A stretch of 64,000 nt of DNA from Balanoglossus misakiensis (Eukaryota > Animalia > Hemichordata), in NCBI GenBank assembly GCA_040954595.2, contig CM082579.2, positions 180,822-244,821 of the forward strand, written 5' to 3'. Of this stretch, positions 1 to 12,700 are shown piece after piece. The first letter of the stretch is position 1, and each line of letters opens with the position of its first letter. A model generated the notes under the pieces. That model did no database searches. It saw nothing but the letters and a program-made list of their open reading frames with translations, and was not told the origin of the DNA. A program made the translations under genes and the position numbers.

Positions 1-415
1 AAACACAAGGTGATTTTCGCTAATGACAGCAATACCAGAGACTGTTTGCCTTCCGTTAGTTTGACACAAAATGCCATGTTTTCACAGAATACTCAAGAAG
101 CAAATTGTTTCATTGGACTAATATTTCAAAAATTGAAAAATAGTCCCCAAGGTTTTGTCCATGGGGACTAAAAAGCAACAAAATCGAAACCCTTTCACCT
201 CAATTTCCCTTTTAAAGGTAAAACATTACCATAGAAAACAATTGGTTTGGACTGAACACTGGTGATGAAAGGGATAAGGTAGAAAGTGATATACCTCGTT
301 GTAATGTTGAAATTTGAACCTGTGAGCTGAATGGTCAGAGTTGTTGCAAAATTACTATTCGTTGAAGTTTTTAAGAAAAAAACTTAAGCATAACCAAATG
401 GAATTTTATACATAC

Positions 416-3400
416 CCCATTATCTCTATGTAGATATGACAGGGCAGGCAATCTTCCTCTGCTCCTGAACTTTGAACTTCCCACTAGCGTGGGTGTGCTG
501 ACTGATGAAGGTACATACAGTTTCCTTGGATACGTATCACATATCTACAAAGGCACAACAAAGACCATGGCATATGAAAAAAAACCATCACATAAATGAT
601 GAATCGTTCTGTGGAAAATGTCACTCTTTTTCAGACCCATACAGATCACTTAATTAACTATAAATCCATGATCCCTCAAGGGATTTCGATAATTACACAT
701 AGGCAAGGCTAAGAGATAAATATTACAGCCAATGCATACAAAAGACAACAACCTTTGAGTTCAATCTTATGGCTCCATGATTCACAGCTTCCCTTTGCCA
801 ATACAGAACTAAAGGTGAAATGATATTGGGAATACCAAATAGACCGTGTTTTGGTGCATTACATGATTGCTTCTCTCATTTTGTCAGTATGAATTTCAGA
901 TAGTTGAATCTTTATACATATCCCCCTAAGCCATATCTACATCCCCCAACAAAGGTTGTTTCAACAGCAATATGGAATGTGTTAAATTAGTAGAGTTATT
1001 TACAACCGTGGCCACTTATGAACCCAGGCTCCATATGCAAGGTAGAATGCATTTTGAACAGAGTTTTTGTCTATATATGGCCACACTCCATGGAAAACCT
1101 GTAATTTTAGGCTAGTAATAATAGTAATGGAAACAGTAATAAAAACCTTTTTGTTGAATAAAGTACGAGCAAAAGTGAACAATTTTCCTTTCCAAAGAAT
1201 GTTCTTTGCAGAATGTTCTAACAGTGCATTAAGCTGTCAACCCAAGATGACAATGCCATTACATTTCCATAGATCAATAGCTCCCATTCCATTAGAATGA
1301 ACATTCAATCAGAATTACCTGACAATATAATATGAATTCTACATAGCTAATTGAAAAATGAAAAAGCCCATGTCTACATGTATGTACATTTTACATGAAT
1401 TTTATTACGTAAATAAAATCTGATTAGGACTTTCATTTCAGGTTTGGCTTATATTCAATTTGGCAATTGGAAAAACTTACAGTGATGTAATTTGTGTACA
1501 TTCATTCTTGGTAGTAAATGTCACAGAAGAAATTTCAAGTTGCTGTTCCAGCAGGCCATAGCCGAAGGGCAGATTACTGCACTGGCTGAATATATGCCCA
1601 TTATCAGCAATTCCCAAAACATGAAATACAATCCCTAGCCATTTACACATCCTATAAACCACGGGTCAAAATGATATAAACACAGAGAGAATTCTCTCTC
1701 TGCAAACTAATTCAATTCATGGCTTCAATACATATTGCATATCTTTCTCACAACTACCTAATGTACAACTGTCCAAAGAGAATGTGAAAACATACTTGCA
1801 TAGTACTGACGTACCAACTTAAATGAATTTACGGTATAGTATGCACCCTGGGGAAAAATTTTCACGAAAATAAGCCCCTTCAAATCTTTGCTAACATTCA
1901 TAACATTTTGAGGAGTCATTTGTTTTCATAGAAACATTCTGCCCCATTTCCATGTATATACCAGCCTAACATACATACAATGGAGTTATAAGCTCAGAGA
2001 AAAATCAAGGATTCAAGATCATATGTGTTCATTTCATACTCACTTCATAGTCCTTATTGATAGAAGTCAAACACCATGTGTCATTAGGCACTCCCATACG
2101 ACTGTAGTCTGTTTCCACATCAAACAGGTTCCAACCTAGTGACTTAGTGATTTGTAAATTGGGTGCATTGTAATGGAAAGCATACAAGTCTTGCATTTCC
2201 ACTGAAATAAATAAGACAAAAATTGTTGATGTAGATGCCATCATAAATATGCAAAGTCTGGGTAAACTCTGCTTGATTTTGCTGTGAATATTCACAATTC
2301 AAAATTAAACTGAAATTTATAATGCTGCTGCAAATATTACAAAGGCATGTTAATTAATTTTATTGAAACAGAACTCAGACATTTCAAAGGATATTAAAAT
2401 TGCAACCTTTTATACATGTATGTTGTAGTAAAGGAATTATGTCATTACAAAAGCTGTCAAATTTACCTCAAGGTGTTCCTGTTTATAGAAGTACTGTTAT
2501 CTACTACATATACAATCTCTGCTTTTGTCTTTCTAACCTGTGTTGTCAAAATTGCTTTATTTTGCTAAATATGTTTATTGGCATTTTATATAATTTACCA
2601 TCAAAGCATCACATGGGGGCTTAAACTTTTCCATTTATCAGATTAGACGTAGTAAAAATATATGGAAGGATGCTTAGCAACAAACACTTCATTTCAAGTA
2701 TTATCTCAAAGCAGATAATGTGATGACATGTTACTGATCTGTGCGTGAAATGCAATCACCACTGTGACTGGACTGATATACCATAACAGATCGGTACACA
2801 TTGGTTGTTTTTGTGAATATAATAATATACCATTTCTTGTATTTTATTCCATGTAGTGAGTGAACGATACTACATGTACCAGTATCAAAACAACCATCTG
2901 GATTTTAGGAAGCTTGATTGACCAGACCTGGTGTGTCTGTTGCTATGGCAATATATAACCTGCAGCTGTAACATATGGACTGCACAAAATATCCATTAAA
3001 ATCATAAGCAACTGAGTGGCTGTAACATTTTGCACAACATAATAAGAAAAAGTGATAAAGCTTTTTGTAGGAGATAATTTTTTATATGAAAAAATACAAT
3101 ATATCCCAAAATACATCATTTCTGATTTTGTACATTTGTACAAACCGTTCTACTATTTCAAAATGTCAACTTTCGAAGCTCTTTATTAGAGATAATATTT
3201 TGATAACATTTCAAAAGCTATTGGCCAAACAGCTAATGAGAGAGATTTCACCACAAGATGATTTCATTACAAATTCAACAAATCTGCCCCAGGTTATTTA
3301 TCTCAAGAAACTGGTAAATCTGGCATTTCATCTCTTGGGACCTGAATACTGAAATCAAAATTGTCCTGTGTTGCATTGCCATGTCTCAGAAAACCTCTTC

Positions 3401-6400
3401 AATGACGATGTCTGATTAATCATGTTTTAAAAAGAAAAGTCAAACATTTACTTGCTAAATCACATTAAATTTTTAAATAAATTCACCCGAGTATAACATG
3501 AACAAATTTAATGCTGTAAAACCTCATTCACTACCGAGGGTGCAATTACTTTCTTTTCTGAATAGGATTATTATTATTGCACAAGTTAACAGTAAACATG
3601 TCACTATTGCATTTTCAGTCACCATAAATGTGATGCTGCAAGTGAAAATTCCACTTATCTGGTTGTTGAACTTTTCCATGTACATGAAATTATTATGGGA
3701 CTGTCAAAACTCAACTCACCTGGTTTTGAAAGTTTACACAGTGAAGTATAGATATCATGACATTCCCGTTCTCTGGGTATCACGAAAGTAGCTGACTGGA
3801 AGTTCTTGCAGCGGATTTGTATTGGTGAGCCAGCTGTTGTGAGTGGCATCTTCTCCACTGATGCAATATGCATGTGCATTATCTGGGGAGATAAGCATCA
3901 GCTGATCAAGGCATCTGAATGGGGTTTATGCTAACTTGTCAGTGAATTATACCGGTAAGTACATGGGTATATGTAGGTTTCATCCATATAGGTGCAGTAG
4001 TTCTATGTATACAACACAGTTGTCAATGTGCTCTAAAGATAACTGCTTCAGAATTAAATGGCATGCTTCTCTTGGGACTCGGACAAACTTGACAGGAGAG
4101 CTAAAAAGCAAATGTGCAATGCAGTAAAAATATAGCAATGCAAAAATTCACAAGGAACATTTCCCACTGTCAGTCTGATGATCTCTTTCCCCATACCTAT
4201 CTACATTAAATAAAATTATAAACATGATAATTCATTACTTCATCATTCTCATAACAGTTTCAAATAAAATGCGAAAGAATTCACGACAAAATGTAGCTGT
4301 AATTATTTGTAGGAAGTCGCACAAAATTAATACCTACAGGCAATCTTTATGTAAATCCTGACATTTTGAAATGTTGTATAAATAAATCCCAAAATAGTGT
4401 TGATCATTGATTGACTGCAGTAAATGAATAGTTCTCATTACATCTGTCAAGACATGACCTAAATTGAACAGGAAATGATATCACCCACGGATCACTTGTA
4501 GTACTTTCTTTACAGCTGTCTGAATGTTTGATTGAAATATATTCGAGTTCAAGGAATACAATCACCTCTAATTTACATAATACATGTACTGATATATGGA
4601 TGGTTGAAAGGTGTTTAAGTCTTCAAATGGCCATGAGGTGGCATATATATTTGTATGGCTACTTAGTGAAAATGTGTAGTTGGTTAGATCTCTGTTTTCC
4701 ATGGTAATCATGGCTAAACTTGCATTTAGGCAACTGTATACCTTTAGTTCAATGAATGACACGTGGCATACAGATGATTTTGAAATAGTACAGTATTTTA
4801 ATATGGAAAGAATTTAAAACAGCAGGTAGATTTGTTTCATAAATGTCGACTTCAAAGAGAATTGTATACAGTAGTTGGTAAAATGACGAGCCATGCAGGA
4901 AATATGAACTTTTTGCTGGTTTACTGACACTTATATCATTGAGCTAGAATGGACAAATTAAAATGATCTTAAAGACTACTTTGCTTATAAGGTAAATTAT
5001 TTTTAAAACAAAATTATATCATAACTTGATGCTAAACACTCTAAAAGTATGATATTTGAATTCAAACAAAAGAAGAATACAGAAACATGGAACACACATG
5101 TAATTATTTTAATCTTGCCATTTTTCCTGTGTGTGCTTCTATTATAAAACCCAACAACCATTTTCTTGAATAATTAATCATCTCCTTGAAATGAGATGGT
5201 ATGAAAGTAACCCAAACCTGATGGTAAAATTTCTCTCTGGAAAATACACTTACCCATGTTTCCTTCTTTCCAGCTGGATCCACAAATATCAAATGTGTGG
5301 CCGTCAAGTACAATGTTCCAACTGATGGTTTACGACTATTGAATCGGTCTAGAAGTCGCACATTTTCAACCTGAAAAAAGTAACATTTGTGTACAATTGT
5401 ATTGGACAGTTCGGGTAGTGATTAAAATACAAAACAATTGAGGTACAAGGCTAAACGAGCATCAAATTACATTGTACAGAACATGTCTGCCTTTCTGCTG
5501 GAGTTACAGAAAAAAAACAATCAACGTTTAGCCAACATGTATACAGTATGAACAGCTACAAATATGGCCAGCTGTAAAATGAACACATTCATTTACCTTG
5601 AAGCAACTGAGGGCATGGAAGCATCGTTTGGAATGCAGAAAGAGCATCAAAAATTTGAAAGGGTCGCAGAAAAGGCACATCATATATGTGAATCAATCCA
5701 TGAAGGCAGATTCAGTCATCACCTAGGCTAGCTACACACGACTTCATGGGTTGAGTGAGCTGATTTGCTTGCCTGGACAAGTACACATACTGTGTTGAGT
5801 GCAGTGACGCTCCTCACTCATAAACGCTGCGTTTTGGAAGTCTCCACAAGTGAAATTTAAAGCAGTATTTGTCACTGCCAGAGAAACAAGCGCACACTCC
5901 CGTTTATTTGAAGATAAAATCAACCAGCCTATTATAGTGCCAGGCTCGAGTCAATGAATGCATGTTAATTTACATAGAAAGAACTATCATTGAAACATCT
6001 GCATACATATACAGTCATACAGGATGTATACAAATTCTTCAGAAATATGCCACCATTATTAAATAAAACACAACAAAATCATCAAACATTCAAAATTTCC
6101 AGGAAATTGTACATTTTTTAAAACCCTTTTCAGACTCGATCCTACCTCATGATGAATGGTACAACCCTGAAATTATCTTGTATTCACATGGGTATTGGTT
6201 CATATAAACTGAAGGTACATGTACAGTACATTTTTTGTATGGCTCAGTGCAAACTGCATAAACGGAACCAACATGTACTCTATAGCAGTCAGTTACAAAC
6301 AAGACAGAGCTTTGTAATTGATGTTTCATTTCCATAAAGTTCCTGATTGAGCTGACAGAAAATGATAAATAGCGCAAATCATATTGTTGAACTTTTACTA

Positions 6401-9400
6401 TAAAAAAACACAACATCTATTTTATAAATTAATCATATGTACAGTTGGATGAAAGACTTCATTAACTGTCCACTCATGAGAAAGATAGTTGACAAAACAA
6501 TCCCTGTCATGTTAGATGAAGAAGAGAACGATGCATATATGTCATCTCACAATGCTTTGACATAAAACCTGCATCTCCTTGACAACTCTTTCATTAATGA
6601 TGAAATGCATACGCTTCCATGGCGACATTTCATGTGAACAAAATACTCCTTACAGCTGGGAATAGACCGTGAATAATCAGTATCACCCAGATGTAGAAAT
6701 GCTAATCATACACACATTAGATGTCTTTCATTCTGTACTGTAGTACATCACACTGGCTGGTTTTATTCAACTCAATATACTCTCAAACTCTCATCTTTAT
6801 GCATGATCCTTCTTTGATGATTAATCAACAATGACAACAATTATTCATAGTTTCATTTCTGGGCTCATTTGAGCAGTTGTATCAGTGTGTACTTCTAATT
6901 CCCTTCCTATAAAATGTCAATTGTCATCAATCAAATATATCCGCTTATCTAGATAGCAAGAATTAGGTCACAAGGCCACCCGTACCCAAACAGCACGAGA
7001 CTATCATTTCTATTCTGTTCTATTCTATTCTAGAAGACAGACGGATTATCTAAAACTGAAAAAAAAGCCTTTCCACATGTGATGGGTACATGTTTATTTG
7101 TGCATAAGCATCGCCAATCGATGTACCAACAGGTTGTTTATATAGATAGTCAACATTAAACAGAGCAATCATGTTATTGCGCACATGTTTGATAAATCAG
7201 TATATATAGTTTGTTTCTTGCATCAATTTGCTTTAAATATCGTATTTGCCTTTATGTTTAAGCCTATTTTTGTTTTTGTTTTAAAGTAAAACTAATAAAT
7301 TTAATATAATAATCCCCAAACACAAAATGTGGCATTTGCAATGCTTTTTTACAATCCTTTGGACAGAGAATGTACTGACATGTACTGGCAAAGGCAAGGC
7401 AAAGTGGGTAATTCTATAACTGCCACTAGATGGCGCTGGTCGATGAAAGTTAAGACTCACTCCCAGACCTCGCCGCTTTGCTAGTGCACAGGTATGACTA
7501 GGCACGGAGCGCAGTGACAAATCCGAATCATGAAGTGGCAAGGTCTGGCGATTACTGCTGTATTCCATTGTGATGTCGTGTCTTGGCAAAGGAGGAGCAT
7601 ATCAATTATTACAAATGACCCTCTGCCTGTCCATTGTGAAAAACCAAAGCAAATACAGGTACACGCGTTTCTGATTTGTCAATGTACACTGTAGACAGTG
7701 AAAACTCCAGTGAAAATGTAGAGAGCGCACGTGGTATTGCACTTAAAAAGTTTTCAGGGAGCAAAATCGTTTTTCAGAATACAAAGAGAATTGTGTGAGA
7801 AACCACTGCGACTCTAGACTTATGTTGTTGGGGTCACTACGCAGTCATTTGTGACACGCTTATTGCCATTGTCAGTTACATGACGCGTATATTGCTTTTA
7901 GTTTTTGGTAGTAATTTTTACAAGCTCCTCCTTCTTTTGGATATGTATGATGAGTTCCCATCTCATATGTCGATTGAGCTATGTAATTGGTGGTTATAAA
8001 TATTTATCTTGAAATGCGGGAATCGGTTGTCTCCCCAGAGCAATTAAAGCAGAGTGGCCACTACTCTTTAATTTTGAGAAGACAACAGAAGATAATTAAC
8101 ATAAAAATGAGTTATAGTGTTATGCAAATTAGCTGATACACTTTCAGAAATTCCTGGGGAGAGCACTGGGTTGTCTATAGAATGTACACCATCTGAGAAC
8201 AGAACAGCAAAGAACCAGCAAATGCAAAGATCGAGCCAATTCTGCATCTTAATCCACGGTCACTCCGTGCTTAATCAGATTACCAACACAACTTCACGAG
8301 AATAGCCTGAAATCGTGCTTCATGACAGGGGTGTCAGATAGGTCAAAAAGTTGAAAATGTGTCACACATTGTAGTATACAGTCAAAATATACGATTGAAT
8401 TTTAGCATGGATACTCCTCAATAGGCATGTTAGAATCTCGTAACTTGGAGATTTGGGGTGTGCAAATATTACCCAAAGGCAAAAGGGGGTGTGTCACAAA
8501 TTAATTTGGTACAACGTATTTTCTCTTGCCACGCGAAGATAAACTAAGACGCACCAGACACTGTGATTATCAATGAAGTATATTGTTTTTCAACATTTAA
8601 ATAGCAAGTTAGAAACGTTTACCATCCTGTGTTTCAGTAGAAAATCTTCGGTAGAGGTGTAGGAATCACGTGATTTCTTCTTCGACGCCATTGTTGTTTG
8701 GCTGATGATGTCATTTGTGTTTACAAGGATGGCCGTAAAACGCAACGTCCTTTACGACAAATTATTTATTTCACACGGGGTCACTTACCGGGTACCCATT
8801 GACCGCTTCGACCTTTCCGAACTCTGTGTAAAATACCTTGGACGGCCCACAACATTTGAAATTGCAGTGCAGGCCTACACAATTCTAATTAAGAAGTCAA
8901 TCTCTTTGTGCGCGTATCTAACTATGCACATGAGCACTTTCTGTATCAAGCTTCAAGACTTTGCATGACGGAAGGCCTTTTGGAGACAAGTGAAGCTTGA
9001 ATATAATGTACGGTACATGCGTAAGCCAACGGGGCCGGGAGGACGTGAGCTCAGCTGCAGCGAATACGACGATCAAAATTTGTTGTGCTAAATACGTGTG
9101 CGCAATTTAATTTCTGCGAACGATTTCAACGCGAACATTGGTAGTCGTCACTTATTTATTGAGATAATGGTGAATGGCTTCGCTTAGTTAAATAGCAGTA
9201 ATGCCAGTACGTCGGATTACACCTCCGCAATGGCTCCATTCAATCGATCGCGGCCCCAGCCTCAACAATAATATTGGGACGCTCGTTCACACTTTTTGTG
9301 GAAACTTGAAATTTCAATATCAGTGTGGCTTCGCAAAATATGCAAACAGTAAGCACAACAAATTACATAGCTATAACAGGGCAATTTTGATAAAATCTCA

Positions 9401-9425
9401 CCTTCGGTGTACGTATATGCTCCAT
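416..9425 (-). CDS. MTMR6: Myotubularin-related phosphoinositide phosphatase, MTMR6/7/8 subfamily; first five coding exons, gene continues beyond the left edge
   Basis: Minus-strand exons with GT-AG boundaries and consistent phases: 9402-9425 (MEHIRTPK), 5254-5370 (VENVRLLDRFNSRKPSVGTLYLTATHLIFVDPAGKKETW), 3720-3882 (IMHMHIASVEKMPLTTAGSPIQIRCKNFQSATFVIPRERECHDIY...), 2044-2201 (...DLYAFHY...GWNLFDVETDYSRMGVPNDTWCLTSINKDYE), 416-544 (ICDTYPRKLYVPSSVSTPTLVGSSKFRSRGRLPALSYLHRDNG). These match the PH-GRAM and start of the phosphatase region of MTMR6/7/8 as I recall them (MEHIRT.KVE..., GTLYLTATHL, SSKFRS.GR.P.LSY). It is probably co-orthologous to vertebrate MTMR6/7/8. Confidence 0.93.
7421..7437 (+). 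promoter_or_regulatory. CTCF-binding motif
   Basis: tgCCACTAGATGGCGCt closely matches the bilaterian CTCF core consensus CCAC/G.AG(A/G)(T/G)GGCGC; located in MTMR intron 1. Confidence 0.5.
8623..8691 (-). CDS. Candidate alternative first coding exon of the MTMR gene (MASKKKSRDSYTSTEDFLLKHRM)
   Basis: Minus strand reads aacaATGGCG in a strong start context, then 23 open codons and a G|GTAAAC donor in phase 0, the phase required by MTMR exon 5254-5370. It lies in a CpG-rich stretch. No homology support. Confidence 0.4.
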
Positions 9426-9715
9426 TGCTTCAATTTTGATTCGCTCTACATCAAATCCGCCATGACACATCCGGGACATTGAACCATCTGGGGCGTACTC
9501 GTACGCAGAATAAAATGTATTACCTTGGTGAAATAAATTTTCTTGCGAAACTTGTCTCTTCATATACACATACACCAGACTGTGCATACTTGAAGTAATT
9601 AATTACTAATCATTTACTGCAAAAGTACAATAGAAAAATGGGTTAAAGTTTGAAACGAATGTAAATAATTTAGTTTGGGTGAGGTCACGATAGGGTGACT
9701 TATCAAAATGGCGGC
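9426..9715. promoter_or_regulatory. Compact bidirectional promoter shared by MTMR6-like and NUP58
   Basis: Divergent start codons at 9425 (-) and 9708 (+). The surrounding 8.5-9.9 kb is visibly richer in CpG than the flanking introns. A YY1-type CAAAATGGCGGC motif overlaps the NUP58 ATG (9704-9715). Confidence 0.7.
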
Positions 9716-12700
9716 GTTCAATTTTGGAGCAACGACAACAACAGCTACAGGTTTTGGTGGTTTGGCTGGCACAGGCTCTGGTGGATCATCATTTGGAAAC
9801 CCTAGGTAAACTAGAAAATATTTAGAATAGTCCGGCCCCTTATAAGCCGTCTTACCCACTCTTGGTCGTATGAGGTCCACAGGATATAGGATGAACACGT
9901 GTAGTACGTCGGTCAGTTTCGGTGTGCGTGCTTGAAAGTTTATTCACTGACACAGTGGACGAGGTTATCATAAGTGAATATGATATGGTTTGACAACTGG
10001 AATATTCAAAGAATGCCCAAGACATAATTTCATGCAATATTAAACCTGGAAACGCGTTCACGCTATGACTTATTAACACTCCATGCAATAAATTGAAAGT
10101 AGTATGTTGCGCTGAATGGAATCGTCCATCAATTTCTCTCACAGTCAGACAGTTACGAAGTGCTGCTTATATGTATTTGCATATAAAGCGGTAAAAAATG
10201 CCAATTGTCATCACGATTGCCGCAAGAAAATTATTTTAAACTAATCATAAAACTGATTTGAAGTAATCTTTTTCTTTAAAAAAATTGAAAAATTACTGCC
10301 AATGCTCGTATTTTTGTAAAGAATGTTTCTTATGTTCTCACAGTTCTACAGCAGCAACAACAGGAGGAAGTGGTGGGTTTTCATTTGGTGCTTCACTGGG
10401 TGGCGGTGGTGGTGGTGGGCTTCTGGGCGCAGCCCCTACAGCATCGACTTCAGGAGGAACAGGAGGCTTGTTCAGTAGTGCAGGAAGTTCACTGCTTGGA
10501 GGAAATGCATCCACTTTTTCAACCGTTACCCCATCATCTCTTGGTAATTATGTCTGTCTAAACATGTTTTTCTGAGATAAGTGTACAAAATAAGAGGTTT
10601 AGGTATTTATAATCACATACTTTTTATTAACTGGTTTCAAATTGGTTTTTCAACCAGTGCTCTTCCCAGGAAAATAGTATGTGCTCTTTATTTTGTGAAA
10701 ACTATTAATAATACTAAATAGATACTCATAATCATAAGAGTTATTATATTGTTATGTGAATTGGCCAACACTATCAGAAATTCCCGCGGAGAACGCTCTA
10801 CCTTTTACCATTGCTGCATACATAGACTAACAGGAATTTTATCTATATAATTATGGGCTTTTTAGCTCCATGTTTTTACTGTATAAACTATATACCAACG
10901 TTTGATAGAATATTAACAAGGAAATATGCCTAGGTCACTTCCACACTATCCTGTTAATGTTGACCCTTCAGCTGCAATGTATCAAAGTGATTGTAGCTAT
11001 TATTAACCCACGTGAATTTCACTGCATTAGGCTGTATCTATCACATCATTTCTTTTAAGGCATAGCTGCTCTATGAGTATGACTGGCACACCGCTTTCAT
11101 AGCTTTGCTCTTTTTTGTATACCGTACTTTTGCATCTTTAGTGTATTTCATAAAGTTTGCTTGATGCTTTGCATGTGAAGTCCAGATAGCTGTAACATAT
11201 TTAGCATTTCTTTCATTGAGTCCATTTAATGAATTCAAAGTCAAAATGTCTCAAAATGAATGCAGCTATGTGGACTTTGAAATTCCTGTTAATTTTTTTT
11301 TTTTTTTTGCTTTCATTCATCTTATTAATTTCTAGTTGGGAAACCCAATACTACTTCCACCAGGACAGGTACTGGGCTGAGTCTTGGCTTAGCTAAGTCA
11401 ACCACTGGTGGAAGTCAGGGCACATCAACAACACCGCTTGCAGCATTGGGCTTAGCTACATCAGCAAAAAAGACTAGTTTGTCTCAAGGTATTGGCTCCA
11501 CCGCTTCCATTTCAGCAAATCCCATTGGTGCTTGTAAAGGCAGGACATGCAACTATATTTGACACTTCCTTCTTTATATCAGTGGTAATGATATACATTG
11601 CAGTTGACTGTGCCAGCTATTGGCTATCCAAAAAATGACAGTCACCATTACATACAGAGAAACATTTATCAATGTATCCTGCTTTTTTTCAAGGAGTAAT
11701 TAGGACTGTTGTTGGGATATAAAAGGGGGGGGGGGACTAGCTATTTTTTTCGCACATTTACTTTTGGAAATGGCTGTAAATATCCTCACAAAGCTAAGGT
11801 CGCCTTCACTGAATTGAACTAAAAGTGTCTTTGTCACCTGTTTAAAATTACACTTACTATTTTTTCCTCGCCAAAAGCTGTGCAATAGGGTATTCTGGTA
11901 CACTGTGGTGATGTTTATGCTAAATGGAAGCCCTTCTCTCATAGTTATAGCCATGAGCATTACATATGTGTACCAGTTTGGTAAGCATTACTGCTGAAAC
12001 ACAGTGCTGGACAGTAAACATAACTTGATTTCAAGACCAAAAGAATTATTTTACCAGTTGTTAGGTTGTTTCGTTGGGTATGACATAGACACTTGAAATC
12101 TTCAGTGTATCATGTCAGAATGAGGCAGAACTTAGTTTTTGCCAACTTCAGTTGACAAATCACAGGGAACAGCTAATATCGTGAATTTTCTACTTTTTAA
12201 ATATTCATGTTATGTTTCTTGACTTCTAGGGCTCAGTACATCCACTGCATCTGGCCTGGGGTTAGCTACAGGTACCACCGGAACTGGACTTGGACTAAAC
12301 CCCACTACAACGTCTGGACTGACTCTGGGCGGATTGGCACCAACCTCTACAACTAGCAGTGGGTTGGGTGGAATAGGTTCAGTTACAACCAGCACTGGAC
12401 TAGGAGGGTTGGGAGCAACAAGTGGTGGGATTGGGTTAGGTGGGTTGGGCACAACCACAAATACAGGACTTGGGTTAGGTGGGTTGGGTACCAGTGCTGG
12501 AAGTACTGGTTTCAACCTGGGTGGTGGGCTGATAACAAGCTCTGCTGGTACAGGACTTAACTTAGGGACAACAACCTCTAGTGGGTTGGGGTTGGGTGGA
12601 TTAGGTGCAACAACCAGTACTGGGCTGGGCTTAGGTGGTCTTGGCACAACCACCACCACTGGTGCTGGCCTTGCAGGGCTTGGAAATGTCACTGCCACAT

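Noticed and set aside
12210-12698. Pro/Val-rich minus-strand ORFs at 12210-12698, 16819-17124 and 9614-9898
   Set aside because: Antisense shadows of the Gly/Thr-rich NUP58 exons.
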